Shown here: piece by piece, positions 18,493-27,451 of the stretch
Layout of the letters: each line of letters begins with the position of its first letter
Position numbering within the stretch: the first letter of the stretch is position 1
Assembly (NCBI GenBank): GCA_035455825.1
Contig: DATIEJ010000171.1
Coordinates: forward strand, 1-56,727
Direction: 5' to 3'
Source of the DNA: Rhodanobacteraceae bacterium
GTDB lineage: Bacteria; Pseudomonadota; Gammaproteobacteria; Xanthomonadales; Rhodanobacteraceae
DNA: 56,727 nt
The notes under the pieces: generated by a model
Database searches by the model: none
Told to the model about the DNA's origin: nothing
Seen by the model: the letters and a program-made list of their open reading frames with translations, nothing else
Position numbers and translations under genes: made by a program

Positions 18493-19338
18493 ATGACAAT
18501 GGATGCAGGCAGCAAGATCATCAGTGGGCGGCAAGACCAGCTGCTCGAGGCTTGGCTGCGGTCCCTGCAAGCGTCGGGCGCAACCTCCGACCGGCGCACG
18601 ACCGTTATCCAGAGCGAGCAGGAGGCGCGCGAGTTCGTCAAGCTCCTGGCCGAGTGCTCGAGCGGCGCCCATACCTCGGATATCAGCGCGCCGAACTGGG
18701 CACCGCTGCGCGAATTCCTCGAGGATTTTTCCCGCCGCCGGGCCGCGCAGGGATTCAGCGCCGATGCCACCGCCGCATTCATATTCTCGTTCAAGAAGGC
18801 GCTGTTCGAAGTCCTGCAGAGCGCCCTCGACGGAGACAGCAAGAGCCTGGCGGCGCAGATGTGGACGTGGACCGAGATCATCGACGCGCTCGGTCTGCAG
18901 ACGATCAACACGTTTCAGAAGTCGCGCGAGGAAGTCATCAAGCGCCAGCAGGACGACCTGCTGGAACTTTCCACGCCCGTGATCAAGTTGTGGGAAGGCG
19001 TGCTCGCTCTGCCGATGATCGGCACGCTCGACAGCTCGCGCACGCAGGTTGTCATGGAGACGCTGCTGCAACGCATCGTCGACACCGGTTCGAGCATCGC
19101 GATCCTCGACATCACCGGCGTGCCGACGGTCGACACGCTGGTCGCACAACACCTGATGAAGACGGTTACCGCGATCCGCCTGATGGGCGCCGACTGCATC
19201 ATCAGCGGCATTCGCCCGCAGATCGCGCAGACGATCGTGCATCTGGGCATCGACCTGACCGGGATCACGACGAAGGCGAATCTCGCCGATGCACTCGCGG
19301 TCGCGATGCAGCGCACCACCGCGGCAACAGCAAACTAG
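18493..19338 (+). CDS. rsbR: Stressosome scaffold RsbR (helical N-domain + STAS)
   Basis: LLELSTPVIKLWEGVLALPMIGTLDSSR, ILDITGVPTVDTLVAQHL, SGIRPQIAQTIV. Confidence 0.92.
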   Translation: MTMDAGSKIISGRQDQLLEAWLRSLQASGATSDRRTTVIQSEQEAREFVKLLAECSSGAHTSDISAPNWAPLREFLEDFSRRRAAQGFSADATAAFIFSFKKALFEVLQSALDGDSKSLAAQMWTWTEIIDALGLQTINTFQKSREEVIKRQQDDLLELSTPVIKLWEGVLALPMIGTLDSSRTQVVMETLLQRIVDTGSSIAILDITGVPTVDTLVAQHLMKTVTAIRLMGADCIISGIRPQIAQTIVHLGIDLTGITTKANLADALAVAMQRTTAATAN

Positions 19339-19352
19339 GCCTGCCCGACGCC

Positions 19353-19718
19353 ATGGACCGGATTCCCATCCTACGCATGGGCAACTGCCTGCTGATCACC
19401 ATCCAGGTGGACATGCACGACCGCCTTGCGCTGGCATTGCAGGATGATCTCACCGCCAAGATTCACGCGACCGGCGCCAAAGGCGTCCTCATCGACATCT
19501 CCGCGCTCGAAGTCGTCGACTCGTTCATGGGACGCATGATTGCCAACATGTCGGCGATGTCGACGATCCTCGATGCACGAACCATCGTCGTCGGCATGCG
19601 ACCGGCGGTGGCGATTACCCTGGTTGAGCTCGGCCTCGAATTGCCCGGAGTACAGACTGCGCTGGACGTGGAACGCGGCATGCATATGTTGCGCTCCAGC
19701 CTGACCCGGACGCGATGA
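19353..19718 (+). CDS. rsbS: Stressosome STAS protein RsbS
   Basis: MDRIPILRMG, GVLIDISALEVVDSF (phosphorylatable Ser), GMRPAVAITLVELGL. Confidence 0.92.
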   Translation: MDRIPILRMGNCLLITIQVDMHDRLALALQDDLTAKIHATGAKGVLIDISALEVVDSFMGRMIANMSAMSTILDARTIVVGMRPAVAITLVELGLELPGVQTALDVERGMHMLRSSLTRTR

Positions 19719-20116
19719 TGGCCAACAACGAGGTAGTGGCGCTGCAAGACGAACAGGATGTCGTCCGGGCGCGGCAGGCCGTACGAACAAGAATGCAGGA
19801 GCTCAAGTTCAGCCTGGTCGATCAGACCAAGATGATCACCGCGGCGAGCGAACTTGCGCGCAACACCGTGATACACGGCGGAGGCGGCCAGATGAGCATC
19901 GAGGTCCTGGTCAACGGCACGCGCACGGGTGTCAGACTCACGTTCGAAGACAACGGGCCGGGCATAGCAGATCTGACGCTGGCGATGACGGACGGCTGGA
20001 CGTCCGGCGGCGGGCTCGGCATGGGGCTGCCGGGCACGAAGCGCCTGGTCAACGATTTCCATATCGAATCCGCGGCCGGCCAGGGCACGCGCATCGTCAT
20101 CGCGCGCTGGAAATGA
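19715..20116 (+). CDS. rsbT: RsbT-type serine/threonine kinase
   Basis: TAASELARNTVIHGGGG, DNGPGI, TSGGGLGMGLPG; ATGA coupling to rsbS. Confidence 0.92.
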   Translation: MMANNEVVALQDEQDVVRARQAVRTRMQELKFSLVDQTKMITAASELARNTVIHGGGGQMSIEVLVNGTRTGVRLTFEDNGPGIADLTLAMTDGWTSGGGLGMGLPGTKRLVNDFHIESAAGQGTRIVIARWK

Positions 20117-21126
20117 CCATGTCGTTCTCAAACCAGTGTTGCCTCGAGGTTGCCGACGCCAGTCACGTCGGCGCTGCGCGGCGCAGGGCAGCGGAACTCG
20201 CAGCCGATGCGGGGCTCGATGAAACCGCGCGCGGCGAGGTCGGGATCATCGTCAACGAACTCGCGACGAATATTCTCAGGCATGCCGGGCGCGGCACGCT
20301 GCTCCTGCAGCGGGTCGGCGCCGACGGCGCCGGCATCGAAGTCCTGGCCTTCGACGCCGGACCGGGCATGAGCAATGTCGACAAGTGTCTCGCGGACGGG
20401 TACTCGACCGGCGGCACCGCGGGCAACGGCCTCGGCGCGGTGCAGCGGTTGTCCGATGAGTTCGAGATCTGGTCGGCCAAGTCCGGCACGGTGGTGTTGT
20501 CACGCGTGTTTCGCAATGCGACCGATCGCTCGGTCGGCGGAATCGGCGGCATATGCGTGGCGCTCAAGGGCGAACGCGCCTGCGGAGATGCATGGGCCGT
20601 CCGGCGCGAGGCGGCGGATATCTTCGTGCTCGTGGTCGATGGCCTCGGACATGGCGCTGATGCTGCCGTGGCGGCCGAATCCGCGCTGGCCATATTCCGC
20701 AAGGAAACGGCCACCGGAACACGGCAGTTGCTCCAGCAGATTCATCAGACCATGCAGACGACGCGCGGCGGCGCCGTTGCGATTGCGAAAGTCGAGCGCG
20801 ACGCCCGCCAGGTCAACTATTGCGCCGTCGGCAATATCGCCGGCAGATTGCAGCATGCGGATAGTTCGCGCGGCCTGCTGTCGAACAATGGCATCGTCGG
20901 CGGGCAGTTCCGCCGCATGGAGGAAATAACCTATCCATGGAGCGGTCCGGCGCAGATCATCATGCACTCCGACGGGCTTCAGTCGCGCTGGGCACTGGAG
21001 AGCTATCCCGGCTTGATGGCGCGACACCCGGCGATCATCGCCGCCGTCCTGTTCCGCGATTTTTCCCGCGGGCGCGACGATGCCACGGTGGTCGTCGTGA
21101 AACTCCCCGCGGCCAACGATCCATGA
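20113..21126 (+). CDS. RsbT-like HATPase fused to SpoIIE/PP2C phosphatase (RsbX-like)
   Basis: NELATNILRHAG, GYST.GTAGNGLG; PP2C motifs CGDAW, DGLGHG, HSDGL, DDATV. Confidence 0.88.
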   Translation: MTMSFSNQCCLEVADASHVGAARRRAAELAADAGLDETARGEVGIIVNELATNILRHAGRGTLLLQRVGADGAGIEVLAFDAGPGMSNVDKCLADGYSTGGTAGNGLGAVQRLSDEFEIWSAKSGTVVLSRVFRNATDRSVGGIGGICVALKGERACGDAWAVRREAADIFVLVVDGLGHGADAAVAAESALAIFRKETATGTRQLLQQIHQTMQTTRGGAVAIAKVERDARQVNYCAVGNIAGRLQHADSSRGLLSNNGIVGGQFRRMEEITYPWSGPAQIIMHSDGLQSRWALESYPGLMARHPAIIAAVLFRDFSRGRDDATVVVVKLPAANDP

Positions 21127-22031
21127 GCAAGCCGGTGCCAGCCGTTTCCGGGCCGCTGGACCCGCGAGCACTCGCCGGGCAATCAGAAGACGCCTTGCGC
21201 GCGACCATCGCCGAGCGCGACAAGGTCATAGCCGCACTGAATGCGGAATTGGCCGCCACCAACCAGGGTGTCGTCGCGCTCTATGCCGAACTCGACGATC
21301 GCGCCGAGCAACTCGGACAGGCGACCGAACTCAAGAGCAAGTTCCTGTCCTACATGAGCCACGAATTCCGGCTGCCGCTGAGCTCGATCATCAGCATCAC
21401 GCGGCTCCTGCTGCAGCGTCTGGACGGCCCGTTGACCCCGGAACAGGAACGCCAGGTCGCTTTCATCCGCGGCTCCGCCAACGAACTCAGCACGATGGTG
21501 AACGACCTGCTCGACCTGGCCAAGATCGAAGCCGGCCGCATCACGATTTCGCCGGCGTGGTTCGAAATGGTCGACCTGTTCTCGGCGTTGCGCGGCATAT
21601 TCAAGCCGATCCTGGTCAGCGACAAGGTTTCGCTGATCTTCGAGGAGCCGGAGGGCCTTTCCCGCATCTACACCGACCACTCGAAGTTGGCCCAGATCCT
21701 GCGTAACTTCATTTCGAATGCGCTCAAGTTCACCACGCAAGGTGAAGTGCGCGTATCGGCCCGCCAGGCAGACGGCAACGACGGCCGCGCCGTGGCGATA
21801 TTCGCCGTCAAGGACACCGGCATCGGCATTGCGGCGGAGCACCAGCACGCGCTGTTCCATGATTTCGTGCAGATCGACACGCCGATCCAGAAGCGGCTGC
21901 GTGGCACCGGCCTCGGATTGTCGCTGAGCAAGCGCCTGGCGGAAGTACTGCACGGCAGCGTCGACGTGCAAAGCGATCTCGGCGCGGGCTCGACTTTTTT
22001 CCTCACTATCCCCGTGCAGCTTCCGGAATGA
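21123..22031 (+). CDS. Cytoplasmic histidine kinase with short coiled-coil input
   Basis: ELAATNQGVVALYAELD coiled coil, FLSYMSHEFRLP, NALKFT, GTGLGL; ATG at 21123. Confidence 0.9.
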   Translation: MSKPVPAVSGPLDPRALAGQSEDALRATIAERDKVIAALNAELAATNQGVVALYAELDDRAEQLGQATELKSKFLSYMSHEFRLPLSSIISITRLLLQRLDGPLTPEQERQVAFIRGSANELSTMVNDLLDLAKIEAGRITISPAWFEMVDLFSALRGIFKPILVSDKVSLIFEEPEGLSRIYTDHSKLAQILRNFISNALKFTTQGEVRVSARQADGNDGRAVAIFAVKDTGIGIAAEHQHALFHDFVQIDTPIQKRLRGTGLGLSLSKRLAEVLHGSVDVQSDLGAGSTFFLTIPVQLPE

Positions 22032-23995
22032 TGAGTCAAACGTCACCTTTGTTCACCGGCAAGATCGTCGTCATCGACGACAACCCGGCGACGCTGTATT
22101 CGACCACGCGCATATTGCAAACGGGCAGCTTCCAGGTAGCGAGCTTCGGCACGGGACTCGACGCGCTGGGCGCGATCGATTCGTCGGTCGATGCGGTCGT
22201 CGTCGACATCAATTTGCCGGACATCGACGGAATCGAGATCGTTCGAAGGCTGCGCGCCGCCCCGGAAACCAGCGGCTTGTCGATCATCCACCTGACCGCG
22301 ACGAAGGTCGAGGACGAGGATCGCGTCGAAGGGCTCGATGCGGGTTCGGACGCTTACCTGACCCACCCGGTGCATCCGCAGGTCTTGCTCGCGACCGTGC
22401 GCACGCTGTTGCGCGCGCGCAATGCCGAAGCGGCGAAGCGCAGCAGCGAGGTCAACTTCCGCCGGATTTTCGACCAGGCTACGTGCGGGCTGGCGGTGCT
22501 CGACCGCAACCTGAATTTCATCGATGCGAATCCGGAGATGCTGCGCCTGCTGGGACGGACGAGCGAAAACGTGGTGGGCAGGGACTTCATGGCGTTCTCC
22601 GACGCCGAGCAGCTTGCGAACCGCGACGATGTCGGCGCGACACTCGCGCGCGAAGGCCGCTGGCGCGGGGTGGTTCGCGAGATCCGCAGCGACGGCGCGG
22701 CAGTCGAACTCGAGTGGAACCTCTCGCCGAGTCCGCACAACGACACGCTGCTCGCCGTCGTCACCGACATTACCGAGCGCTTGCGCCTGCAGGCCGAACG
22801 CGAGAGCCTGTTCAGCCTCGAGCGCGCCGCCCGCAGCGAGGCCGAACGGATCAGCAAGGTCAAGGACGAATTCCTCGCGACCCTGGCGCATGAGCTGCGC
22901 AACCCGCTGGCGCCCCTGCAGAACGCCGTGCACCTGCTGCAACTCGCCGGCCACGACGCTCCCACGGCCAAGAACGCGCGCGAAGTGATCAATCGGCAAA
23001 TCCGCCAGATGACGCGTCTGGTCGACGACCTGATGGATGTGTCGCGGATCACGCGCGGCCTGGTCGAGTTGAACAAGCAGGTCATCTCCCTGGACAGCGC
23101 GCTCGATGCGGCGCTGGAGATGAGCCGTCCGCACATCGAGGCTGCCGGCCAGCGGCTCCACGTCGACTATGCCGGCGCCGATGCGCTCGTCTGCGTCGAT
23201 CCGCTGCGGCTCGCCCAGGTGCTGACGAACGTCCTGAACAATGCATCAAAATATACTGCGCGCGAGGGCCGCATCGACGTTTCCGTGACGCGGCTGGACG
23301 GAACTGTCGAGGTTGCCGTCGAAGACAGCGGAATCGGCATTCCGATCGCGATGCTCGCCAATGTATTCGACATGTTCACGCAGGTTCACCCGTCCGGACG
23401 GCGTTCGTCCGGCGGCCTCGGCATCGGACTGACCCTGGCCAAGCGCCTGATGGAAATGCACGGCGGCACGATAAGCGCTTTCAGCGAAGGCGAGGGCCGG
23501 GGCAGCCGGTTCGTGATCGGTTTGCCGCTGGCCGGCGAGCAGGCCGATCCGCCCGCCCGGCGCGCAACGCCGGGGCTGGCTTTTTGTGCCCCAGGCACGC
23601 AGCGCTCCGCGATCATCATCGATGACAATCGCGACGCGGCCGAATCGCTATGCGCCCTGCTCACGGCGCTCGGCTATGACTGCCACTCATATTTCGACGG
23701 CCCGTCCGGCATTGCCGCGGTGGAACGGAAGCCGCCCGACGTCGTCTTCGTCGACATCGGCATGCCGGTCATGGACGGACACGACGTTGCGCGAGCGCTG
23801 CGCGAGTCGCCACATGCGCGTCACGTTCCGCTGTTTGCGCTAACCGGCTGGGGACAACGCGGCGATCGCCAGCACTCTCACGAGGCGGGGTTCGACCGCC
23901 ATCTGGTCAAGCCGGTGTCCGCAACGGAATTGCAACACGTGCTCGACGAAGTCGACGCGATCGCGCGTCAACGCCGGGAGAACATGCCGGTCTAG
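22028..23995 (+). CDS. Hybrid kinase REC-PAS-HisKA-HATPase-REC
   Basis: N-terminal REC (VIDD, VDINLPD), PAS (DANP..LLG, VTDITER), [16 protein letters not shown]-terminal REC (FVDIGMP, HLVKP). Confidence 0.92.
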   Translation: MMSQTSPLFTGKIVVIDDNPATLYSTTRILQTGSFQVASFGTGLDALGAIDSSVDAVVVDINLPDIDGIEIVRRLRAAPETSGLSIIHLTATKVEDEDRVEGLDAGSDAYLTHPVHPQVLLATVRTLLRARNAEAAKRSSEVNFRRIFDQATCGLAVLDRNLNFIDANPEMLRLLGRTSENVVGRDFMAFSDAEQLANRDDVGATLAREGRWRGVVREIRSDGAAVELEWNLSPSPHNDTLLAVVTDITERLRLQAERESLFSLERAARSEAERISKVKDEFLATLAHELRNPLAPLQNAVHLLQLAGHDAPTAKNAREVINRQIRQMTRLVDDLMDVSRITRGLVELNKQVISLDSALDAALEMSRPHIEAAGQRLHVDYAGADALVCVDPLRLAQVLTNVLNNASKYTAREGRIDVSVTRLDGTVEVAVEDSGIGIPIAMLANVFDMFTQVHPSGRRSSGGLGIGLTLAKRLMEMHGGTISAFSEGEGRGSRFVIGLPLAGEQADPPARRATPGLAFCAPGTQRSAIIIDDNRDAAESLCALLTALGYDCHSYFDGPSGIAAVERKPPDVVFVDIGMPVMDGHDVARALRESPHARHVPLFALTGWGQRGDRQHSHEAGFDRHLVKPVSATELQHVLDEVDAIARQRRENMPV

Positions 23996-24162
23996 GCCGC
24001 ACTCCTGGCCCGACGAGGCGTTGGAAAACTCCCGTCGGTGCGGCAGACTTTTTCGATCGGCCGACCCATTTCTGCGGCGCAATTTGCACGCAAAACAGGC
24101 CTCGTTCGTGCATTTTGCGATGCGCCCAGGAACGTGCGTGGCGCTGCATCGCGATCAGCCTG

Positions 24163-24179
24163 CTGGCATGCCTCATGCT
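24163..24179 (+). promoter_or_regulatory. Putative sigma54 (-24/-12) promoter
   Basis: CTGGCATG-CCTC-ATGCT with exact GG-N10-GC spacing, 53 nt upstream of the small Cys ORF. Confidence 0.55.
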
Positions 24180-24232
24180 CCCATGGCGCAGGGACCACGG
24201 TCCCGGTTTATTCACCATTCGAGTATTCAGTT

Positions 24233-24529
24233 ATGCAATGCACCGCCTGCCGGACCCATTCGAACAACCTGCGGGAGTACTCCCGCGTCGTAACAATTCG
24301 TGAACATCACAAGACAATCGAGACGGCGTACCTGTGCCCGGCATGCCGGGTCATGAATGCGCTCAACCCGCGCTACGTCGTCAAGCACATGCTGCGCGAG
24401 GTCCATGCGCCGGACGAAGCACGCCGGCTGCCTGTGTCGTGCGTCGGTTATGTGACGACTCTGATCCAGCCGGGCGGCGACGAAGCTGACCCATTCCCGG
24501 TCGCGCGGCGCACCGCGTTGCCTTGTTGA
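24233..24529 (+). CDS. Small hypothetical Zn-ribbon protein (98 aa)
   Basis: MQCTAC...LCPAC (two CxxC); fills the gap between convergent genes; sigma54-like promoter upstream. Confidence 0.55.
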   Translation: MQCTACRTHSNNLREYSRVVTIREHHKTIETAYLCPACRVMNALNPRYVVKHMLREVHAPDEARRLPVSCVGYVTTLIQPGGDEADPFPVARRTALPC

Positions 24530-24530
24530 C

Positions 24531-25331
24531 CTACCGGCGTCTCCTGCGCGCCGTGCCGAGCGTGACCCAGGCCGGCGCGTGATCGCTCGCGCCGGGTTCG
24601 CCGCGAACCCACTTGTCGACGCCGGCGGCTTTCAGTCGCGGAGCAAGTTCGGCGTTGAGCAGGATGTGGTCGATGCGCAACCCGGAGTTCGTCTGCCAGT
24701 GCTGGCGGAAATAATCCCAGAACGTGTAGATCCGTTCATCCGGATGCAGCTTCCGGATCGCGTCGGTCCAGCCCTGTGCCAGCAGCCGCCGGAAACACTC
24801 GCGGCTCTGCGGCTGGAGCAGTGCGTCCTTGAGCCACGAGCGCGTGTTGTAGATGTCGAAGTCGGTCGGAATGACGTTGAAATCGCCGGCCATCACGACC
24901 GGGTGGCCGCAGGAATACAACGCGGCCGCGCGCCTGATCAGGCGTTCGAACCACGCCAGCTTGTAGTCGAACTTCGGTCCCGGCTGGGGGTTGCCGTTGG
25001 GCAGGTACAGGCACACAACGACCATGCCGTCGACCGCGGCTTCCAGGTAACGGCTATGAGCGTCGGTCCGGTCGCCCGGCAGTGCGCGAAGGCTGACGAC
25101 GGGCTCGGCGTCCCTGGCCAGTATCGCGACGCCGTTCCAGGCAGTTTGCCCCACCCACACCGCTCCATAGCCCGCGGAGCGGATCGCGTCGACCGGAAAT
25201 GCCGCGTCAGTCGCTTTCAATTCCTGCAGGCAGACGATATCCGGCGCCTCCCGGGCCAGCCAGTCGAGAAGCCGCGGCAGGCGCGACCGGATGCCGTTGA
25301 TGTTGTAAGTTGCGACTTTCACTGGTCTCAT
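24531..25331 (-). CDS. xth: Exodeoxyribonuclease III / AP endonuclease
   Basis: KVATYNINGI, CLQELK, YLPNGNP, GDFN, YTFWDY, GLRIDHILL, SDHAP. Confidence 0.95.
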   Translation of the reverse strand: MRPVKVATYNINGIRSRLPRLLDWLAREAPDIVCLQELKATDAAFPVDAIRSAGYGAVWVGQTAWNGVAILARDAEPVVSLRALPGDRTDAHSRYLEAAVDGMVVVCLYLPNGNPQPGPKFDYKLAWFERLIRRAAALYSCGHPVVMAGDFNVIPTDFDIYNTRSWLKDALLQPQSRECFRRLLAQGWTDAIRKLHPDERIYTFWDYFRQHWQTNSGLRIDHILLNAELAPRLKAAGVDKWVRGEPGASDHAPAWVTLGTARRRRR

Positions 25332-25366
25332 ACCGCTTGCCACCCCAACAAACCAGGAACGGAACC

Positions 25367-25558
25367 ATGACCAAACTCGACAAGCCACTGCGACGCGAAC
25401 TGACCATCGGCGAAAAGAGCTACACGCTCACGATCGCGCCCGAAGGACTCAAGCTTACGGAAAAAGGCCACCGCAAGGGTACGGAACTGAAATGGAGCGA
25501 CCTGGTTTCCGGCGACGCCGGCCTTGCCGCCGCCCTCCAGGCGTCGACGGGCGGCTGA
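25367..25558 (+). CDS. Small hypothetical protein (63 aa)
   Basis: MTKLDKPLRRELTIGEKSYTLTIAPEGLKLTEKGHRKG...; AGGA/GGA RBS and GC-type codon usage. Confidence 0.7.
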   Translation: MTKLDKPLRRELTIGEKSYTLTIAPEGLKLTEKGHRKGTELKWSDLVSGDAGLAAALQASTGG

Positions 25559-25564
25559 ACCGGT

Positions 25565-26152
25565 TCAACGCTGGCCGATGCGCGGTCGCTGACGAAACGC
25601 CACGCTGATGCGTGGCCCGACCGCCACGGCCGATTTCGGAATGCCGTGGTCGAAGTGCTGCTGGGTGGCATACGTCATCAGCAGCACGCTTCCGGGTTCG
25701 AGCTCGAGCTGGATGCTCCTGCGCGGCGTGGCCTTCGTGCGAATCGTCATGACACGCGTGGCGCCGAGTGACAGCAACGCGATCGGCGCGCCAGCGGTCA
25801 GTTCATGCAGCTTGTCGTTGTGCGGCGCGACGCTGTCGCGCTCGTCGCGATAGAAGTTCAGGCCGATGCTGTTGAATTCGCATTTGCCCAACCGCCGCGC
25901 GACGGTCGCGGCGGCACGCAGCTCGGCCGGCAGGTCCGGATCGTCGAGCGCATAGGCGGCGACCAGCCGCGGAACGTCGACTTCACGGTCGTACATGAGC
26001 CGGCGCTCGCTGCGCCATTCCACGCCGTCACGCAGCGCCGAGAACCACGTGGCCGCGTCCGCGGCCGAAACGGCGTTTGCATGGTAGGTGATGACGCCGC
26101 GCTCGTCGTCGACCAGCGTGCGGGCGGCAGTCTCGAACAGGGAAAGCTGCAT
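25565..26152 (-). CDS. AlkB-family 2OG-Fe(II) dioxygenase (ALKBH2/3-like)
   Basis: VPRLVA, FNSIGLNFYRD, HND (HxD), LSLGATR, H in DHGIPK, RISVAFR; begins MQLSLF. Confidence 0.9.
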   Translation of the reverse strand: MQLSLFETAARTLVDDERGVITYHANAVSAADAATWFSALRDGVEWRSERRLMYDREVDVPRLVAAYALDDPDLPAELRAAATVARRLGKCEFNSIGLNFYRDERDSVAPHNDKLHELTAGAPIALLSLGATRVMTIRTKATPRRSIQLELEPGSVLLMTYATQQHFDHGIPKSAVAVGPRISVAFRQRPRIGQR

Positions 26153-26280
26153 GCTTCCCGATATGAAGCCGCTGCCGGCGTGTTGCAACGCCCGGTGCCA
26201 CGTATCCCGTTTTGCGCTTTCGTGTCGTAAGCTGCCGCGGCCGCCATGAACGGCCGCGCCACGAGCAACCAGGCCAAACG

Positions 26281-27291
26281 ATGACAGTGCAACCCGCGCC
26301 AATCCCCGAAGTCGCCGGCCTCGGCCGGGAACGATTCGAAAATGAAATCGTTCCCGCGGGCCGCCCGCTGGTCGTGCGCGGCCTCGTTGCCGGCTGGCCC
26401 GCGGCAATGCTCGGACGGCAGTCGCCCGAAGCCATCTGCAAATACCTGATCGAGCGTGACACCCATGCGCCGATCGATGCGATCATGCTGCCGCCGGAGG
26501 AAAAAGGCCGCATTTTTTACAATGCAGCAATGGACGGATTCAATTTCTACCGCACCCACCAGACGATTTCGCGCGTCATCGAGCAGATCGCGCGCTACTC
26601 CGCGTTCGCGACGGCGCCCGCGGTCGCGGCGCAAAGCGCGCTGATCCGCAGCTGCCTGCCGCGATTCCTCGACGAAAATCCGATGCCGTTGCTCGATGCG
26701 GCGGAGCCGCGCATCTGGATCGGCAACGCGATCACCGTGCCAGCGCATTTCGACGACGCCAACAACATCGCCTGCGTCATTGCCGGACGGCGACGCTTCA
26801 CCCTGTTCCCGCCCGAGCAGATTGCAAATCTGTACATCGGCCCGGTCGACTTCGCGCCGACCGGCGCGCCGATCAGCCTGGTCGACTTCGCGGCGCCGGA
26901 TCTGGAACGCTTCCCGCGCTTTGCCGAGGCACGCGCTCAGGCGGTCAGCGCCGAGCTCGGACCGGGCGACGCGATCTTCATTCCGCCGCTGTGGTGGCAC
27001 CACGTGCAATCGCTCGAGCTGTGCAACATCCTGGTCAACTACTGGTGGGGCGCGTCGCACGCCGACAACGCCGGACTCGATTGCCTGACCCACGCGCTGA
27101 TCACGTTGCGCCGCCTGCCGGCCGAGCAGCGGGCCGCATGGGCGAAGCTGTTCGACTACTACGTATTCGGCGACATCGAACGATCGGTCGCGCATATTCC
27201 AGCGCAGCGCCGCGGCATGCTCGGGCCACTCGGCGCGGAGCTCATTCGCGAACGGCGCGCGTTGCTTGCCGCAAAGCTGAGCGGGAAGTAG
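26281..27291 (+). CDS. Cupin-like/JmjC-domain protein
   Basis: RIWIGN..AHFD, GRRRFTLFPP, LGPGDAIFIPPLWWHHV, LVNYWW. Confidence 0.88.
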   Translation: MTVQPAPIPEVAGLGRERFENEIVPAGRPLVVRGLVAGWPAAMLGRQSPEAICKYLIERDTHAPIDAIMLPPEEKGRIFYNAAMDGFNFYRTHQTISRVIEQIARYSAFATAPAVAAQSALIRSCLPRFLDENPMPLLDAAEPRIWIGNAITVPAHFDDANNIACVIAGRRRFTLFPPEQIANLYIGPVDFAPTGAPISLVDFAAPDLERFPRFAEARAQAVSAELGPGDAIFIPPLWWHHVQSLELCNILVNYWWGASHADNAGLDCLTHALITLRRLPAEQRAAWAKLFDYYVFGDIERSVAHIPAQRRGMLGPLGAELIRERRALLAAKLSGK

Positions 27292-27338
27292 CTGCGGATT
27301 GGCATACGTCCGATCAAGTGTCGAGGACAAAAAATGCC

Positions 27339-27421
27339 GACATTCCCGAAAGCGGGAATCCATTTTGACGGTGGATCAAAGTTGCAGGATCAAGATGGAT
27401 TCCCGCTTTCGCGGGAATGAC
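27339..27421. repeat. Inverted REP-type pair between convergent genes
   Basis: GACATTCCCGAAAGCGGGAATCCA (27339-27362) and TGGATTCCCGCTTTCGCGGGAATGAC (27396-27421). Confidence 0.85.
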
Positions 27422-27451
27422 AACATGAAATGACCACCGTTGGAGGATTTC

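Noticed and set aside
24191-24204. Eighth regulon box
   Set aside because: The core palindrome matches, but the flanking AT, the NWCGC and the -10 at 22-23 nt are missing; kept only as a possible repressor site or RNA hairpin.
26184-26200. sigma54 promoter for alkB (minus strand TGGCAC...TTGCA)
   Set aside because: GG-to-GC spacing is 11 nt rather than the required 10.
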